NCBI GenBank assembly: GCA_965224085.1
Contig: CBDCYI010000011.1
Span: 1,088,001 to 1,152,000, forward strand
DNA: 64,000 nucleotides
Direction of reading: 5' to 3'
Source of the DNA: Candidatus Marinacidobacterales bacterium
Lineage (GTDB): Bacteria; Acidobacteriota; Vicinamibacteria; Marinacidobacterales; SMYC01
Every line of letters starts with the position of its first letter. Position 1 is the stretch's first letter. The position numbers and the translations under genes were made by a program. Below, piece after piece: positions 29,806-43,006 of this stretch. The notes beneath the pieces were generated by a model. The model ran no database searches and was not told the DNA's origin. It saw only the letters and a program-made list of their open reading frames with translations.

Positions 29806-30546
29806 CTAACGTAGTTTTCGAATCAGGGCGGCAATGGGGGGAGCTGGCTGCCCGCGAAGAAAACTCTCAACACCACGAACAAGACTCTTTTGGAGCCGCG
29901 TGATGACGGCGTAGACATCGCCTGCCTTCTGCGTCAAAGAAAAATCGCACGCAGACTCATGCAATTCGGTGCCGACGAGGTTGATGAGAAGTGCCTCCGC
30001 GTTCATGCCCCCGTCGATCTCCGCGCCAAGGGCTATGAGCGTCGGCACGTCGAGTCCGCTATCCTGTTCGAACAGCCATTGGAGATCGAAGAGGTCTTTC
30101 TCGCCGCCACGGCTGACCAACGTGGCCGCTTTCATCTTCAGAAGCGTCTTCAAATCAGCGACGAAGACGCCGTCGTCGGCCGTGAGGGCTCTGCCGATCT
30201 CGAAGAGGTTCGCGTCCAAGACCACTTGAGCTGTGAAGTCATGGCCGTCCAGACGGCAGGTTGCGTGGTAAAACTGAGTCGTCGTCCGTTCGTCTTCGAG
30301 TTCGATTCCGATATCGTGAAGCGATTTCACCGCCAGCACGGCGGCCTTTTGTGCGAGCGTGTCTTCTGTGAACAAGTCGAGATCGTCGGACCGACGGTGA
30401 CCGGCGTAATACCCGGCCAGCGCGGTGCCGCCCACCAACATGCAGCCAGAAATCCCCTGTGAGAACACGTGCTCGAGCGCGCGGTGCAGGGGCGCGGGGA
30501 GGACGTCCGCGGCTAGGCGGCCTTGCGGTTTTCGTTCCAGGCCCAT
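29806..30546 (-). CDS. AbiEii/AbiGii-type nucleotidyltransferase toxin
   Basis: LVGGTALAGYYAGHRRSDDLDLF, MK and RGGEKDLFDL motifs. Confidence 0.85.
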   Translation of the reverse strand: MGLERKPQGRLAADVLPAPLHRALEHVFSQGISGCMLVGGTALAGYYAGHRRSDDLDLFTEDTLAQKAAVLAVKSLHDIGIELEDERTTTQFYHATCRLDGHDFTAQVVLDANLFEIGRALTADDGVFVADLKTLLKMKAATLVSRGGEKDLFDLQWLFEQDSGLDVPTLIALGAEIDGGMNAEALLINLVGTELHESACDFSLTQKAGDVYAVITRLQKSLVRGVESFLRGQPAPPIAALIRKLR

Positions 30547-30983
30547 AGCGTTTCGAGCTCCCGCCGCCGCGCCGGGTGAATGTAGCTCTTGTACTTCGGG
30601 AAGTTCTTCCAAACCGATCGACCAATGGCTTTTTCCGCCGCGTGCAGGCCGTAGACTTCGACCAAACGGCCGATGGCTCGTGGGTCGGAGCGATTCAACG
30701 CGATCGCGAAGTCATCGAGGTCCGCGTAGAGGCGGTCCCAAAGTAGCGCTGCCTTGAGACGTCCGTGCACGCCCGGCTCGAAGCAGGGGAGCGGTCGCAC
30801 CAACTCCTCGACCGGGACACCCAGCACCTCGCTAACGCGAAGCAAGTGACGACTCTGGACATTGGCATCTTCCTGTTGAAACCACAGAGAAACGGCCTGC
30901 CGGGTAACGCCAACGCGGCGCGCAAGCTCCGAGCGGGACATGCGTCGGGCTTTGAGCAATGCGTCCAACGTTCGAACCCGCAT
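30513..30983 (-). CDS. XRE-HTH protein, putative type IV antitoxin/repressor
   Basis: MSRSELARRVGVTRQAVSLW HTH; directly upstream of and overlapping the toxin. Confidence 0.8.
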   Translation of the reverse strand: MRVRTLDALLKARRMSRSELARRVGVTRQAVSLWFQQEDANVQSRHLLRVSEVLGVPVEELVRPLPCFEPGVHGRLKAALLWDRLYADLDDFAIALNRSDPRAIGRLVEVYGLHAAEKAIGRSVWKNFPKYKSYIHPARRRELETLWAWNENRKAA

Positions 30984-30988
30984 AGCTC

Positions 30989-31029
30989 ATCGTAGCGGCT
31001 GCTTTCCTTTGTTGTCAAGTATACTTGAC
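30989..31029 (-). promoter_or_regulatory. Sigma70-type promoter with a perfect 16-bp palindromic operator
   Basis: TTGACA (31018-31013), 18-nt spacer, TACGAT (30994-30989). GTCAAGTATACTTGAC at 31014-31029 overlaps the -35 box. Confidence 0.75.
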
Positions 31030-31063
31030 TGACGCGCTTAGAGAACTCGAATAGCGGGCGGCG

Positions 31064-31092
31064 TTGTTACATAAGTCCGAAATATCGGCGTA
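31064..31092 (-). other. Xer/dif-like recombination site candidate
   Basis: TACGCCGATAT-TTCGGAC-TTATGTAACAA; the right arm resembles the XerD arm TTATGTTAAAT; 7-bp spacer. Confidence 0.45.
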
Positions 31093-31194
31093 ACGCTTCG
31101 CTTTCCTTCGTCGACGATCAAATCCGCACCGAATCCGGCATTCCGAGGCTCGGTCATCCGATTCAGGACTTCGCACTTTCCGCCAGCCTCGGCT

Positions 31195-31560
31195 CGAAGT
31201 CCCCGACGAAGGCGACACCGCCCGCCGTCTTGAGAACGCCCGTCATGAACGGAGCCTTCTGCTCGACGCGCCAGATCTCGTCGAGCGTGGACACGTCGTA
31301 GGCCGCGAGCTTGCCGAAGAGTCCCTCCTCGCCGGGCATCGCTTTCCACATCCGCGACGCGCCCGTTCCGCCGCCGCCCGGCTTCATGGCCATCTGCCGA
31401 CCGGAAATGTCCATGCAGCTCAGACTCAACGGCGCGACGAGCAATCGATTCGCTGGGTAGAACGCGGTGGACTGCCAGTTGTGGCCACCTGCCGTCGAGG
31501 GGCATACGGTGAGCCAATCGGTGAGCCAATCGCCGACGCGGGCTTCTTGGATGTCCGCTG
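31195..31560 (-). pseudogene. PQQ-dependent dehydrogenase internal fragment
   Basis: [18 protein letters not shown] and [12 protein letters not shown]; 12-bp tandem duplication at 31508-31531. Confidence 0.8.
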
Positions 31561-31662
31561 AGGTTGGGTCTCTCGCGTCATGCGCCGAGGTCGTCTTGCG
31601 TTGTGGCCACGGGGTGCGTCAAACTCGATCGAGACGAGAGTTGGCCGGTTTTGGGAGAGCGC

Positions 31663-34600
31663 ATGAGTAAATCCGTTCCGCGTTTTGTCGCCGCTTGTTG
31701 CCTTTTGGCGTCGCTTACCCTCTGTCGGCCTACCCTCGCGAGTGAGTTCGATATCGTCATCAACGAGATCCACTACCATCCGTTCAGTGGTGCTGACGAC
31801 GACGAGTTCGTCGAGCTACATAACCGTGGTACGACGACCGTCGACCTTTCCGGCTGGCGCTTCACGGAAGGTATCCGCTTGGTCCTTCCCGCCGGCACGT
31901 CGATGCCGCCGAAGTCCTATCTCGTCGTCAGTCCCGACGCTTCTCACACCCAATCGCGCTTCGGGATCGATCTCGTCGTCGGCAGCTACGAGGGTCGTCT
32001 CGCCGATGGAGGCGAGGTCATTGCCATCGAGAACCGTGCGGGCGACGTCATCAGCCGGGTGCATTTCGGTGACACCCACCCGTGGTCTAGCCCGCCCGAC
32101 GGTTTGGGACCGTCCCTCGAGCTCACCGACCCCCACGCTCAGATCGACGTTCCCCGCAACTGGGCGGCGAGCCGTTTCGTGGACGGCTCACCCGGCGAGG
32201 AGAACTCGACCCTGCGTGTCATTCCGTTCCGTCAAACGGCCGAGGTCGTCCGAGATGACGAGCTCTGGCGGTATCGGACGGGAGAAGATCCGTATCCGAC
32301 CGGGTGGCAGCTTCTGGGCTTCGACGACGGCGCGTGGAGATACGCTGCTATGGGCATCGGCTATGGCGACGGCGATGATGCGACGATTCTCGAAGACATG
32401 CGCTACCGCTACTACTCCATCGCCGCGCGCAAGAGTTTCGAGCTCACAGAGGACGCGCTCGACGACGAGAGCGATCTCGTGCTCGAGATTCGCTACGACG
32501 ACGGCTTCGCCGGTTGGGTCAACGGCGTCGAGTTCGCGCGGGCAAATCTCGGCGAGGCGGGTAACCCCATCGCGTATAGCGAGCGCGCCTTCGAGACGAG
32601 TGAAGCCGACATAACCAAGCGTTTCACGATTCCCCGCGATTTTCTTCGAGTGGGGGAGAACGTGCTCGCGTTCCAAGTCCATAATGAATCGATCAACAGC
32701 ACAGACTTCAGCTTCATCCCCAAGGTTGTCCGGCGGGTATCGGCGCTTCCCCTGCCGGACCAGGCAGCACCGTCTCCGATCGTGATCAATGAGATTCGCG
32801 CGAGGGACGCGGAAGTGCCGGGCTTCGTCGAGATCTACAATCGCGGCGACTCGACCGTCAGCGCGGCGGGCTACCTTCTCGTCGACTCGCTGGGCGGCGA
32901 GTTCGTCGTCCCGGCAAGCACCTCGATGCCGCCGGGAACCTGGCTATCGTTCAGCAGCCTAGAGCTCGGATTCGACGTGGCCCTCACGTCGACGCGCTAC
33001 GCGCTGCTGGATCCCGAGCGGTCCTGGGTCGATGCCCTGAATCCGCGGTCCGGCCGAACGGGAGACAACGGCTTCAGCTATGGGCTTTATCCGGATGGCG
33101 AGAGTGCCGGGTTCGTTCTCGTCGACCCCAGTCCGGGTCAAGCGAACCGCGTTTCCCTCGAGGACGCGATCGTCATCAACGAAATCTACTTCCACCCTCC
33201 GTCCGTGCGGCCGAACGGTAGTTGCGCCGAAGAGTGCTCGGACGATCTCCAGTGGATAGAGCTTCACAACGCGTCCGATCGTAACGTGCGTCTTGCCGGC
33301 TGGAAGCTCACGAATGCCGTCGAATTCGTCTTCCCCGAGGCAACGTCGGTCGGCGCGGGCGAGTTTCTCGTCGTCGCGGCCTCCCTCGAAACCCTTCTTT
33401 TTGCTTACCCGGACGTCGACAATTCACGAGTCACCGGCGGTTGGAAGCGAGCCCTCTCCCATTCCTCCGATACGATCGAGCTACGAGACCGTCTGGGCAA
33501 CCTCGTGGATCAGGTCTCCTACGGCGACGGCAAACCCTTCAACAGCGGCGAGCAGGTCGGCGAGTTCGACGACGAGACTTTCGTCGGGAGCACGTGGCCT
33601 CGTCTGGCAGAAGGAACCGGACGAACGCTCGAGCTCGCTCATAAAGGTCTCGACAATGGCCTTGGCGCGAGCTGGCGGGACGGACCTGTTGGAGGAACGC
33701 CCTCGATGGAGAACGAGGCGTTCGACCCGGCGCCACCGCCATCTCTAGGTGAAATCGTGCACGCCCCCGCCGTGCCGCGCTCGAGCGAGAGCGTTGTCAT
33801 TCGGTGTCGGGTGTCGGCGGTGACGGCGATCGCAAGCGTCCGCGCGAGGTGGCATCACGACGGCGGTAGCCGTTCCGGTGAAGCTACGCTCTGGGACGAC
33901 GGAAGCGGCGCGGACGCGCGGGCCGGCGATGGTGTTTACACGGGCACCATCGGCCCTCAGACTGCGGGCACGGTGGTCGCCTTCGAGATCATTGCCGAGC
34001 TTGCCGACGGTGACTCCGCGTCGTTTCCGGAACCACCTCTTGAAGCTCCTTACGACGGTTTCCGCGGGCCTTTTTTTCTGTATCGAGTGGACGACACGGC
34101 CTCCGCTCGAAAACGGCTCCGTCAACTACCATCTCGTGATGACCGCCGCGGACCGGAGAGAGCTCGAGGAGCGTGACGAGGATAGTGACGTATTGGTCCA
34201 TGCGACGTTTATGGCTCACCCGCGCACGCCTCGAGAGGAAGTACACCATCTCGTGGGGGTCCGCTACCGCGGTGGGGAAACGCGCTTTTTGCGGCAGAAG
34301 TCCTACAGGGTCGAGCTCCACTCTGAGCGTCGCTTCGAGACGATACGACATCTCAATCTCAACGGCACCGCGGCCCCCGAGATTCTCGCGGCCGATTTCT
34401 TCCGCCGAGCTGGAATCGGATCTCCTCAGGAATGGATGGTCAACTTTACGCTGAACGGAGAGCCGAACGCGCGCTACGTGCGTAAGGAGCACATGGACGA
34501 GAATTTCTTGACACGTTGGTACGGCGAGCGGAGCGACGAAGGGAATTTTTACCGCGCGCTCGATCCCGATGACGACGACGCGTTCCCTCTACAAGGGGAC

Positions 34601-36019
34601 CTCCGGTATCTCGGGAACGACCCGGACGAGTATCGCCCGTACTACCGGAAGCGGAACAACGAAGAGGCGGACGACTATAGCGACGTCATCGAGCTCGCTA
34701 GGATCTTCGATCCCGTCGAGACCCCCGATGACGTGTTCCCTGACCGGCTCGAGCGGGTCGCTGCGGTCAGCCAGTGGGCGCGGTTTTTCGCGGCGCAGTC
34801 CTGTGTCGCGAACATAGATGGCTCCATCCAGAACGAAACGGGAGAGGACTACTCACTCTACCGGGTACCCGCCGATTCGGGCCGTTCGGATGCTTCCAAA
34901 TGGGTCATCCTCCCCTGGGACATCGAGGAGACTTTCGAGCACGGCGAAGAGCGCGACAAGCTCTTCAGAACGATTTTGCCTTCGTTCCGTCGCTTTTTAA
35001 CGCACCCGCGCTTCGCTCCACTCTACTACTGCCACCTGATTCATCTTCGTGACGGCGTGTTCTCGCAGGCTGAGCTCAGTCAGCGATTTAGCTTGATCGA
35101 CTTCGAGTACGGGCTCGAAACGACCGAAGCCATCGATGCGTTCATTGCGTTGCGACACGCGTATTTCGACGAAGAAATTCCCATGGGGATCACGGCCACG
35201 GCGGGACCCGGTCCGGACGAAGTCGTCATCGATGTCGGCGATCGCTGGCGGTACTTCAAAGGAACGAAGGAGCCCTCGGACAGGACGCGCGCCTGGACCG
35301 GTATCGGGTTCGATCACAGCTCTTGGGATGTTGGACCGTCAGGGTTCGGCTATGGTGACGCGGATGACGCGACCACGCTCGCGGAGATGGAAGATGCGTT
35401 CTCCTCCCTCTACATCCGTAAGGAATTCGAGATTATCGATCCGGGTGCCATCGACCGTCTTGTTCTGAAAATCGATTACGACGACGGATTCGTCGCCTAT
35501 CTGAACGGCTTCGAGGTGGTGCGGCGCAACCTCGGAGATCCTGACAGGTTCGTCCGGTACTCCTTGCTGGCCGACGAATTCCTCGAGGCGGGCGAGCCCG
35601 AGGAGCTCGACCTCAGCGAGCATACCGACGTGCTCGTCGCGGGAACCAACGTTCTCGCCATTCAAGGGGCCAATGAATCCCTCGACTCGAGCGACTTCTC
35701 CCTGATACCGCGCCTCGAGGCCGCTGGCGTGGCCACCGGCAGCCGAGGTTGCGGAGAGGTCGTTCGAACCGCCACGGAAACCGTGCAGCTCGTGGGCACC
35801 TCGAACGCCTGTTCGACGCGTTCCGTCGAGGTCGATGGTCTCCCCGCGGACTATGATCCGGTTACCGCGAGCTGGTCGATCGGACTCCCCGTCGAGCCGG
35901 GCGAAAATCGGGTGACGATTCGTGCTTTCGACCAGGCGGGTCGACTCTTCGATAGCGCGGAGATTCTCGTCGAGCGGCTCGAAGGCTCGTCAGAGTGCCG
36001 CGAAGACGGACCCGGCTAG
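31663..36019 (+). pseudogene. Lamin-tail-domain (x3) / CotH kinase surface protein with one frameshift near 34095
   Basis: Three VINEI..EF(V/I)EL.N LTD repeats, two WRY..G..GYGD.DD modules and a CotH region (GVRYRG, KSYRV, LPWD). Confidence 0.8.
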
Positions 36020-36786
36020 CGCAGCGTCCGCCGCCGACGCAGAAAGCTGGCGGCCGAAAGACCTAGCGCGAGCAAAGTCATCGTTGCGGGCTCTGGCACC
36101 GCTGTCGGCGTCAGAGTGAAAAGCCAGTCGGAATAGGCGCGGCGTCCGACATTTCCCTGGTCCGGCGCGTCGAGCCAGCCGACTCCGCTCAAGCCCGTCT
36201 CACCACGATGGTGACGTTGAAAGAAGAATTGCTTGTGGGCGTTTGGACCGGTCGGCGCCTCATCCCACACGAGCGGCCCGCCATAACTATCCGGACCGCT
36301 GAATGGCATCAGCTCCATGTCGAAAAGGTCGAAATAAATACGGTCGTACCCATCCGAATACCAATCGTTGTGATACGTCGTATCGTTCGAGTGGTCGAGC
36401 AAGTCCTGCAACACGCCCTTATACAGGGCATTGTCCGCATTCGATCCGTACCACGGGTCGATCGGATTACCGGTCCCGCCATCGACCAAGGCCGGCGTCG
36501 TGTCGGAGCCAAGCGTGCTGATCTGGAACTCAGCGTTGAGCTTGTAAAAGCTACCGCTGACACCCGTACCGTCCTCGCTGACGTGCTCGACGATACCGGT
36601 CAACTTGGCTTGAAGTGGATTCGTCATCGGATCGTACTCGAAAAAAACTTGCGCGCTGGGATCCGACACGGAGAAAGTATTGTTCTTGCTTCCCTCGTAG
36701 CTGAGCACGAGCATGTAATCTTGGCCTGGCGCGCCAAAATTGCCCCCGGAGTGGTCAAGAACTTCCCACGTGACGGAGCCCGCCAA
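36016..36786 (-). CDS. PEP-CTERM sorting-signal protein (N-terminus apparently damaged)
   Basis: C-terminal VPEPATMTLLALGLSAASFLRRRR; no in-frame signal peptide. Confidence 0.75.
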   Translation of the reverse strand: MAGSVTWEVLDHSGGNFGAPGQDYMLVLSYEGSKNNTFSVSDPSAQVFFEYDPMTNPLQAKLTGIVEHVSEDGTGVSGSFYKLNAEFQISTLGSDTTPALVDGGTGNPIDPWYGSNADNALYKGVLQDLLDHSNDTTYHNDWYSDGYDRIYFDLFDMELMPFSGPDSYGGPLVWDEAPTGPNAHKQFFFQRHHRGETGLSGVGWLDAPDQGNVGRRAYSDWLFTLTPTAVPEPATMTLLALGLSAASFLRRRRTLR

Positions 36787-36932
36787 CCGGCTGAAAGCGG
36801 GTGGCCGGCGGAGTGGGTGTAAAAACGCGCCGTCAGAGCGGAAGCCTGACCACTCGCGTGAGGAGCAGACGCCCGAACAGCTGCATGAGTCGTCTCATAG
36901 CGGCGAGCTATCGTCTGCTATAGACTCGCGCG

Positions 36933-38000
36933 ATGAAGTGTTCCGTCCTTCTCATGCTTGCGGTTGTGGCATGCTCGAACGATTCGCCATCCGAACCGGA
37001 AGGTGCGCGTACGACGAAGAAGGAGCTCCACGAGCTCGCCAAAGCGCGCGTTACCCGGGGCATGCTTGCCCGGACCGACGGCTACGTCTACACGGTCGAT
37101 GTTTCGCTTCTCATGATTTTCGCGGCTCAGGAAGGCGATCGCGAAATGTACGAGCCGCTTCGTGATTTCGCGATCGAGTGCTGCGTTTTGAACGATCCCG
37201 AGGACCCCTATACGCGTGGGTTCGTGTTGTGGCGCTACGGCACGGACCAGGAGCCGGACGCATCGGGCACGACGGAAGCGCTGCGTCTCGCCGAGGGACT
37301 CTGGCGCGGGGCCGAGGCTTTCGGCGAGAGCGAGGATCGGAAGTGGGCAGTGACCATTCTCGACGGCTATGCGCGTCACGCCGCCGAGGAGCAAGGCGTC
37401 TGGATGATTCGGAACTACTTCAATCTCGGCACCCGCTCATTTGCGACGAATTCGTTCCTCGTCGACTACGCGCCCGACTTCCTCGCCGAGGTCGCCGCGG
37501 TGACGGGTAGGGAAGACTTGGCCGAGGTCGCTAGGAAGTCCTACGCGTTGATCGAAAAGGCCCAGGCGCCGATCGGTCTGCTGTACGACATGATCCAGCC
37601 CGAAGTTGCCACGCTCTTCGACGATGAGCGCTTCGTGATCTTTTCGCCCAACGACGCCATCCAACTGTCGAACACCGCCACGGTCGCGGCCTGTGCCGTG
37701 GTCGGCCTTCCGGCGATCGGCCGTGCGGTCGTGGATTTCTCCCGCGAGCGCATGCCTGGTCTCAGGGGCACGTATTACGGCCGTACGGCAGAGGTGGCGC
37801 GCGACAAGCGCCCCGGCATCGAGGCTTGGGCGTCGCTCGTTCGGCTCGCGGTCGCTCTCGACGATGACGAGGCCCTTGCGGCGTTCTACCCGTTTCTCGT
37901 GAGCAATGCTGGACGTCAGTGGCGGATCCCGAAAGACGCGTGGGTCTACGTCGTAGCGGAGCTTCTTCTCGGGCTTCAGGCCGTGACGTCCACCTCGTGA
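36933..38000 (+). CDS. Lipoprotein, possible (alpha/alpha)6 glycoside hydrolase (GH8-like)
   Basis: Lipobox VVAC; helical body with WRY..DASGTTEALR. Family assignment is tentative. Confidence 0.5.
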   Translation: MKCSVLLMLAVVACSNDSPSEPEGARTTKKELHELAKARVTRGMLARTDGYVYTVDVSLLMIFAAQEGDREMYEPLRDFAIECCVLNDPEDPYTRGFVLWRYGTDQEPDASGTTEALRLAEGLWRGAEAFGESEDRKWAVTILDGYARHAAEEQGVWMIRNYFNLGTRSFATNSFLVDYAPDFLAEVAAVTGREDLAEVARKSYALIEKAQAPIGLLYDMIQPEVATLFDDERFVIFSPNDAIQLSNTATVAACAVVGLPAIGRAVVDFSRERMPGLRGTYYGRTAEVARDKRPGIEAWASLVRLAVALDDDEALAAFYPFLVSNAGRQWRIPKDAWVYVVAELLLGLQAVTSTS

Positions 38001-38842
38001 AGTTCGAAAGCGCTGACGTCGCGCGCTACTACGACCAGAACACGGGGAGCTTTCTCAACCACGGACAAGGCGGCGCGCACGGCGTCATTCATCGAGCCGT
38101 TTGGGGCGAGGGCGTTTTGCGCCGCGAGCAGGCCTTTCACTTCGTTCACGATCTTCTGCGGGCCCGAATTGCGGATGGCGGCGCTTCGCGCATACTCGAT
38201 CTCGGTTGCGGCGTGGGCGCGAGTTTGGAATACATCCTCCGCGGGACAGGTTTGACAGGCGCATCCGGATTCGGCGTTACCAACAGCGCCGTCCAGGCAC
38301 AGCTTGCGCGCGCGCGACTCGGCGATCGGGCAAGCATATGCGAGCTCGATTTCTGCTCGGCGCCCCTTCCAGCACCGATCGACCTCGCTTTTGGTATCGA
38401 GTCCTTCGTCCAGGCGCCGGACGCCGCAGCGTTCTTCGAAAACGTAGCGAAGGCACTCGCTGCCGGTGGAGACCTCGTGCTTTGCGACGACTTTCTCCTC
38501 GGAGATTCCGGGGCTGATGAGGATCGCTGGGTGCGCGAGCTCCGCCGCGGGTGGCAGGCGAGCTCGCTCCTGCACCCGGAGGCGGCGGATGCTCTCGCGG
38601 CGGATCAAGGGCTCGAGCTCGTGGAGGATCGAGACCTTACCGCGTTTCTCGAGCTCGACCGGCCTCGCGATCGGGCGCTCGGTCTACTCATCGCCGTCAC
38701 ACGACCCTTCGTATCGATGAGCGCTCGGCTCGAGAGCCACTTGGGAGGCAACGCTTTGCGCCAGTGCTTGAAGCGCGGACTCGTGGCCTATCGCTACCGC
38801 GTCTGGAAGGCGAGCCGCTCAGTGGCGAGCCGCTCAGCTTAG
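37997..38842 (+). CDS. Class I SAM-dependent methyltransferase
   Basis: ILDLGCGVG motif; GTGA overlap with the upstream gene. Confidence 0.85.
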   Translation: MKFESADVARYYDQNTGSFLNHGQGGAHGVIHRAVWGEGVLRREQAFHFVHDLLRARIADGGASRILDLGCGVGASLEYILRGTGLTGASGFGVTNSAVQAQLARARLGDRASICELDFCSAPLPAPIDLAFGIESFVQAPDAAAFFENVAKALAAGGDLVLCDDFLLGDSGADEDRWVRELRRGWQASSLLHPEAADALAADQGLELVEDRDLTAFLELDRPRDRALGLLIAVTRPFVSMSARLESHLGGNALRQCLKRGLVAYRYRVWKASRSVASRSA

Positions 38843-40201
38843 GTTCTGTTACATAATAATATTTACAAATACGAGTTCGGTAAGAATTAATACCCTCAAT
38901 CAAGCACGTCGGGGATGGAGAGTGTAATTCCAGTTGCCGTAGAAGGGGTGGATTTTGAGTCGAAGCTCCTGCATTTCTTCGTTACTGACCTTCTGGCCTG
39001 TCTCGTAGGAGTTCTTGTCCAGCATGGCCTTTACCTTCAAGCCGGTTCGGGTCTTGGTGTTGCCGATAAGATTGACGACCGCCTCGTAGCTCACGAGAGG
39101 CCGTCCTTTCCAGTTCATGCTGACAAAGGAGAATAGTCGATGTTCGATTTTGTTCCATTTACTGGTTCCCGGTGGATAGTGGCATACGGTGATGGGAATC
39201 TTCAGTTGGTCCGATAGCTTTTGGAGGTGGAGCTTCCAGCCTCGCAGCCGGTTTCCGTTGCTTCCACCGGCGTCCGCGCAAACAAGCAGACGTTTCGCCA
39301 TCGGATAAGACTTTTTTCCGAGTATGCGCCACCATCTCCGGATGCTTTCTACCGCGAATTCCGCAGTCTCGTGAGTAATGCCGACGTTGACCAGCGCTTC
39401 GTCGCGGGACACATCGTAAGTCCCATAGGGAATTGCTTTGCCCTCAGCCATACTGGGGAAGTCGTGTACAAGAACCGGCTCACCTCCGCCCTTCTTCTTC
39501 CTCCACGTTTTACCCCTGTTTTCAAAGGCTCCTATCAATTCCTTCTTCTTGGTATCGACGCTCACGACCGGATCCTTGCTTCGCATGAACTTGCTTACTT
39601 GCTTGTTGATGTAACGAAACTGTTTGTCCCGATCCGGGTGCTGATCCCCTTCCAGTCTCTTCACGTTAGCTTGCAGCGAGTAACCCATTTCTCCTAGGCG
39701 TCGAGCAACTGTCACGTGCGAGACATCGTGACCTTTGCGTTCAAGCTCCTCCGCCATCGCTCTCGTGGACTTGTTCGTCCATTTGAGATGCTTCATCGGG
39801 TCGCCGGCGGTTCTTTCGTCGAGGATCTTCTTCAGCTGCCGCTCGATTCTCGGGTCTAACTCCTCGACCCGCTTTCTCCCCCAGCCAGGCTTGCGCACTC
39901 GGGCGCTGTCGTCATCAACTATCGGCGCTTTCGCTTTGAGTTCCGCCACGCCCTTCATGATGGTCGGCCGCGACATCCCCGTAAGTCGTGACAGCCGACT
40001 GACCCCGCCGCGTCCTTCTTCAAGCGCCCGTTGAGCCACAAAAACACGCGCTTGCGCTTCGTTCAACGTCCCCAGCACCCTCAACCAGTGACGCTCAGAC
40101 TCTGGTACCTTTCGATCTGTTGCCATCCTCGTATAGTCTCGCAACCAGCAGAGGATAGCAGCAATGACAGTGTATTGTAAATATTAATATGTAACAGGCC
40201 C
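38842..40201 (-). mobile_element. ISAzo13-family insertion sequence
   Basis: 27-bp TIRs (GGTTCTGTTACATAATAATATTTACAA / GGGCCTGTTACATATTAATATTTACAA); TTA duplication at 38839-38841 and 40202-40204. Confidence 0.92.
38900..40126 (-). CDS. ISAzo13-family transposase
   Basis: VSVDTKKKELIG, ADAGGSNG and PPGTSKWNKIEHRLFS. Confidence 0.95.
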   Translation of the reverse strand: MATDRKVPESERHWLRVLGTLNEAQARVFVAQRALEEGRGGVSRLSRLTGMSRPTIMKGVAELKAKAPIVDDDSARVRKPGWGRKRVEELDPRIERQLKKILDERTAGDPMKHLKWTNKSTRAMAEELERKGHDVSHVTVARRLGEMGYSLQANVKRLEGDQHPDRDKQFRYINKQVSKFMRSKDPVVSVDTKKKELIGAFENRGKTWRKKKGGGEPVLVHDFPSMAEGKAIPYGTYDVSRDEALVNVGITHETAEFAVESIRRWWRILGKKSYPMAKRLLVCADAGGSNGNRLRGWKLHLQKLSDQLKIPITVCHYPPGTSKWNKIEHRLFSFVSMNWKGRPLVSYEAVVNLIGNTKTRTGLKVKAMLDKNSYETGQKVSNEEMQELRLKIHPFYGNWNYTLHPRRA

Positions 40202-41884
<1,683 letters not shown>

Positions 41885-42017
41885 TATCGCAATCGCTGTA
41901 CTGCTAAAAACATGGACTCTTCCTCCCAAGTCGCCCCACCGTCATAGGAGCGGTAGAGTCTCTTACGCCAGCTCGCGCTCTTGATTTCCGAGTCGACCTC
42001 TTCGGCGATTAGCAGTC

Positions 42018-42815
42018 TCATGTAGCCTTCTTCCGCTCGGCCTTCACCATCTCGACGAGTACGGCTCGCGTCTCTTCCGAGGAGCGAACTTCTCGTAGAA
42101 ACGGTACGCGGACGCCGCGAAACCCCTCCGAGGTTGTGAGGCGCACGTGAAAGCCGAGCCGGTCCACGGCCGTCATTTTTGCGCCGTCGGCGTCGAGCCC
42201 GGAGGCGGCGCGAGCGAGCAGGATGAGTGCCTCCTCGTGATCGGCGTTCATGTGATCGAGAATGTCCGCCTTTTTGTCCGCGAGCGGATCCGGCGGGGCG
42301 GCGAGGTAGTCCTCGGCCTTGACCCAGCCCATGACACCAAAACCACCGACGAAATAGAGATCGATGAGCTCCATTTGGAAAAAAGCGAAATCTTTGAAAT
42401 CCACCCAATAGGACGCGTTCTCGTAGCGTTCGAGGTAGCGCTCGCGCACGGAGGCGAGCGACTCCTCCGGGGTGCGCGCGACCCGTCCCATCAGCGTCAC
42501 GCGGCCGGCGCCGAGCGGATCTTCGGTGGCCTCGGGCTCCGTTACGAGGAGGCTCGCTCGGCCGTCGGCGAGGATGTTCTGCGTGTGCATGGCCATGGTG
42601 CTGATGAGAAAAGTCGGTGCGCCACTCTCATCGAGCCCGTACGGCGCCACGGACCCAAAAGGCCATCCTTCGTGTTTTCTCGACTGGGTCGTCAGCGTAC
42701 CGACCCGGCCGAGATGGATGAGCGTACGCGCCCGCTCCGCATGGGTTGGCTCGGGCACTTGCGTGCTCGGGTCCGCCTGAGTGGGTCGAGCATGTTCCGA
42801 AGTCTCTTTGGCCAC
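42018..42815 (-). CDS. HugZ-like PNPOx-fold protein with C-terminal DUF2470
   Basis: PFGS, AMHTQN and HMNADH motifs. Confidence 0.85.
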   Translation of the reverse strand: MAKETSEHARPTQADPSTQVPEPTHAERARTLIHLGRVGTLTTQSRKHEGWPFGSVAPYGLDESGAPTFLISTMAMHTQNILADGRASLLVTEPEATEDPLGAGRVTLMGRVARTPEESLASVRERYLERYENASYWVDFKDFAFFQMELIDLYFVGGFGVMGWVKAEDYLAAPPDPLADKKADILDHMNADHEEALILLARAASGLDADGAKMTAVDRLGFHVRLTTSEGFRGVRVPFLREVRSSEETRAVLVEMVKAERKKAT

Positions 42816-43006
42816 GCCTCCGTCCTTTCTCGCCGCGAGCGTTTGGGCGGCCCGTGGGATTCTAGCGCGAATCTAAAACGCGATGCACCGCTCGAGCGTG
42901 TCCAAGGACTTGCCCGCCGGACGCCCGCTCGATTCTTCTTGGTTAAACAGCTTCAATCCGGTCGTGTGCTGCTTTGATCGCGAGCGCTTGCTAGCATTGC
43001 GATATC

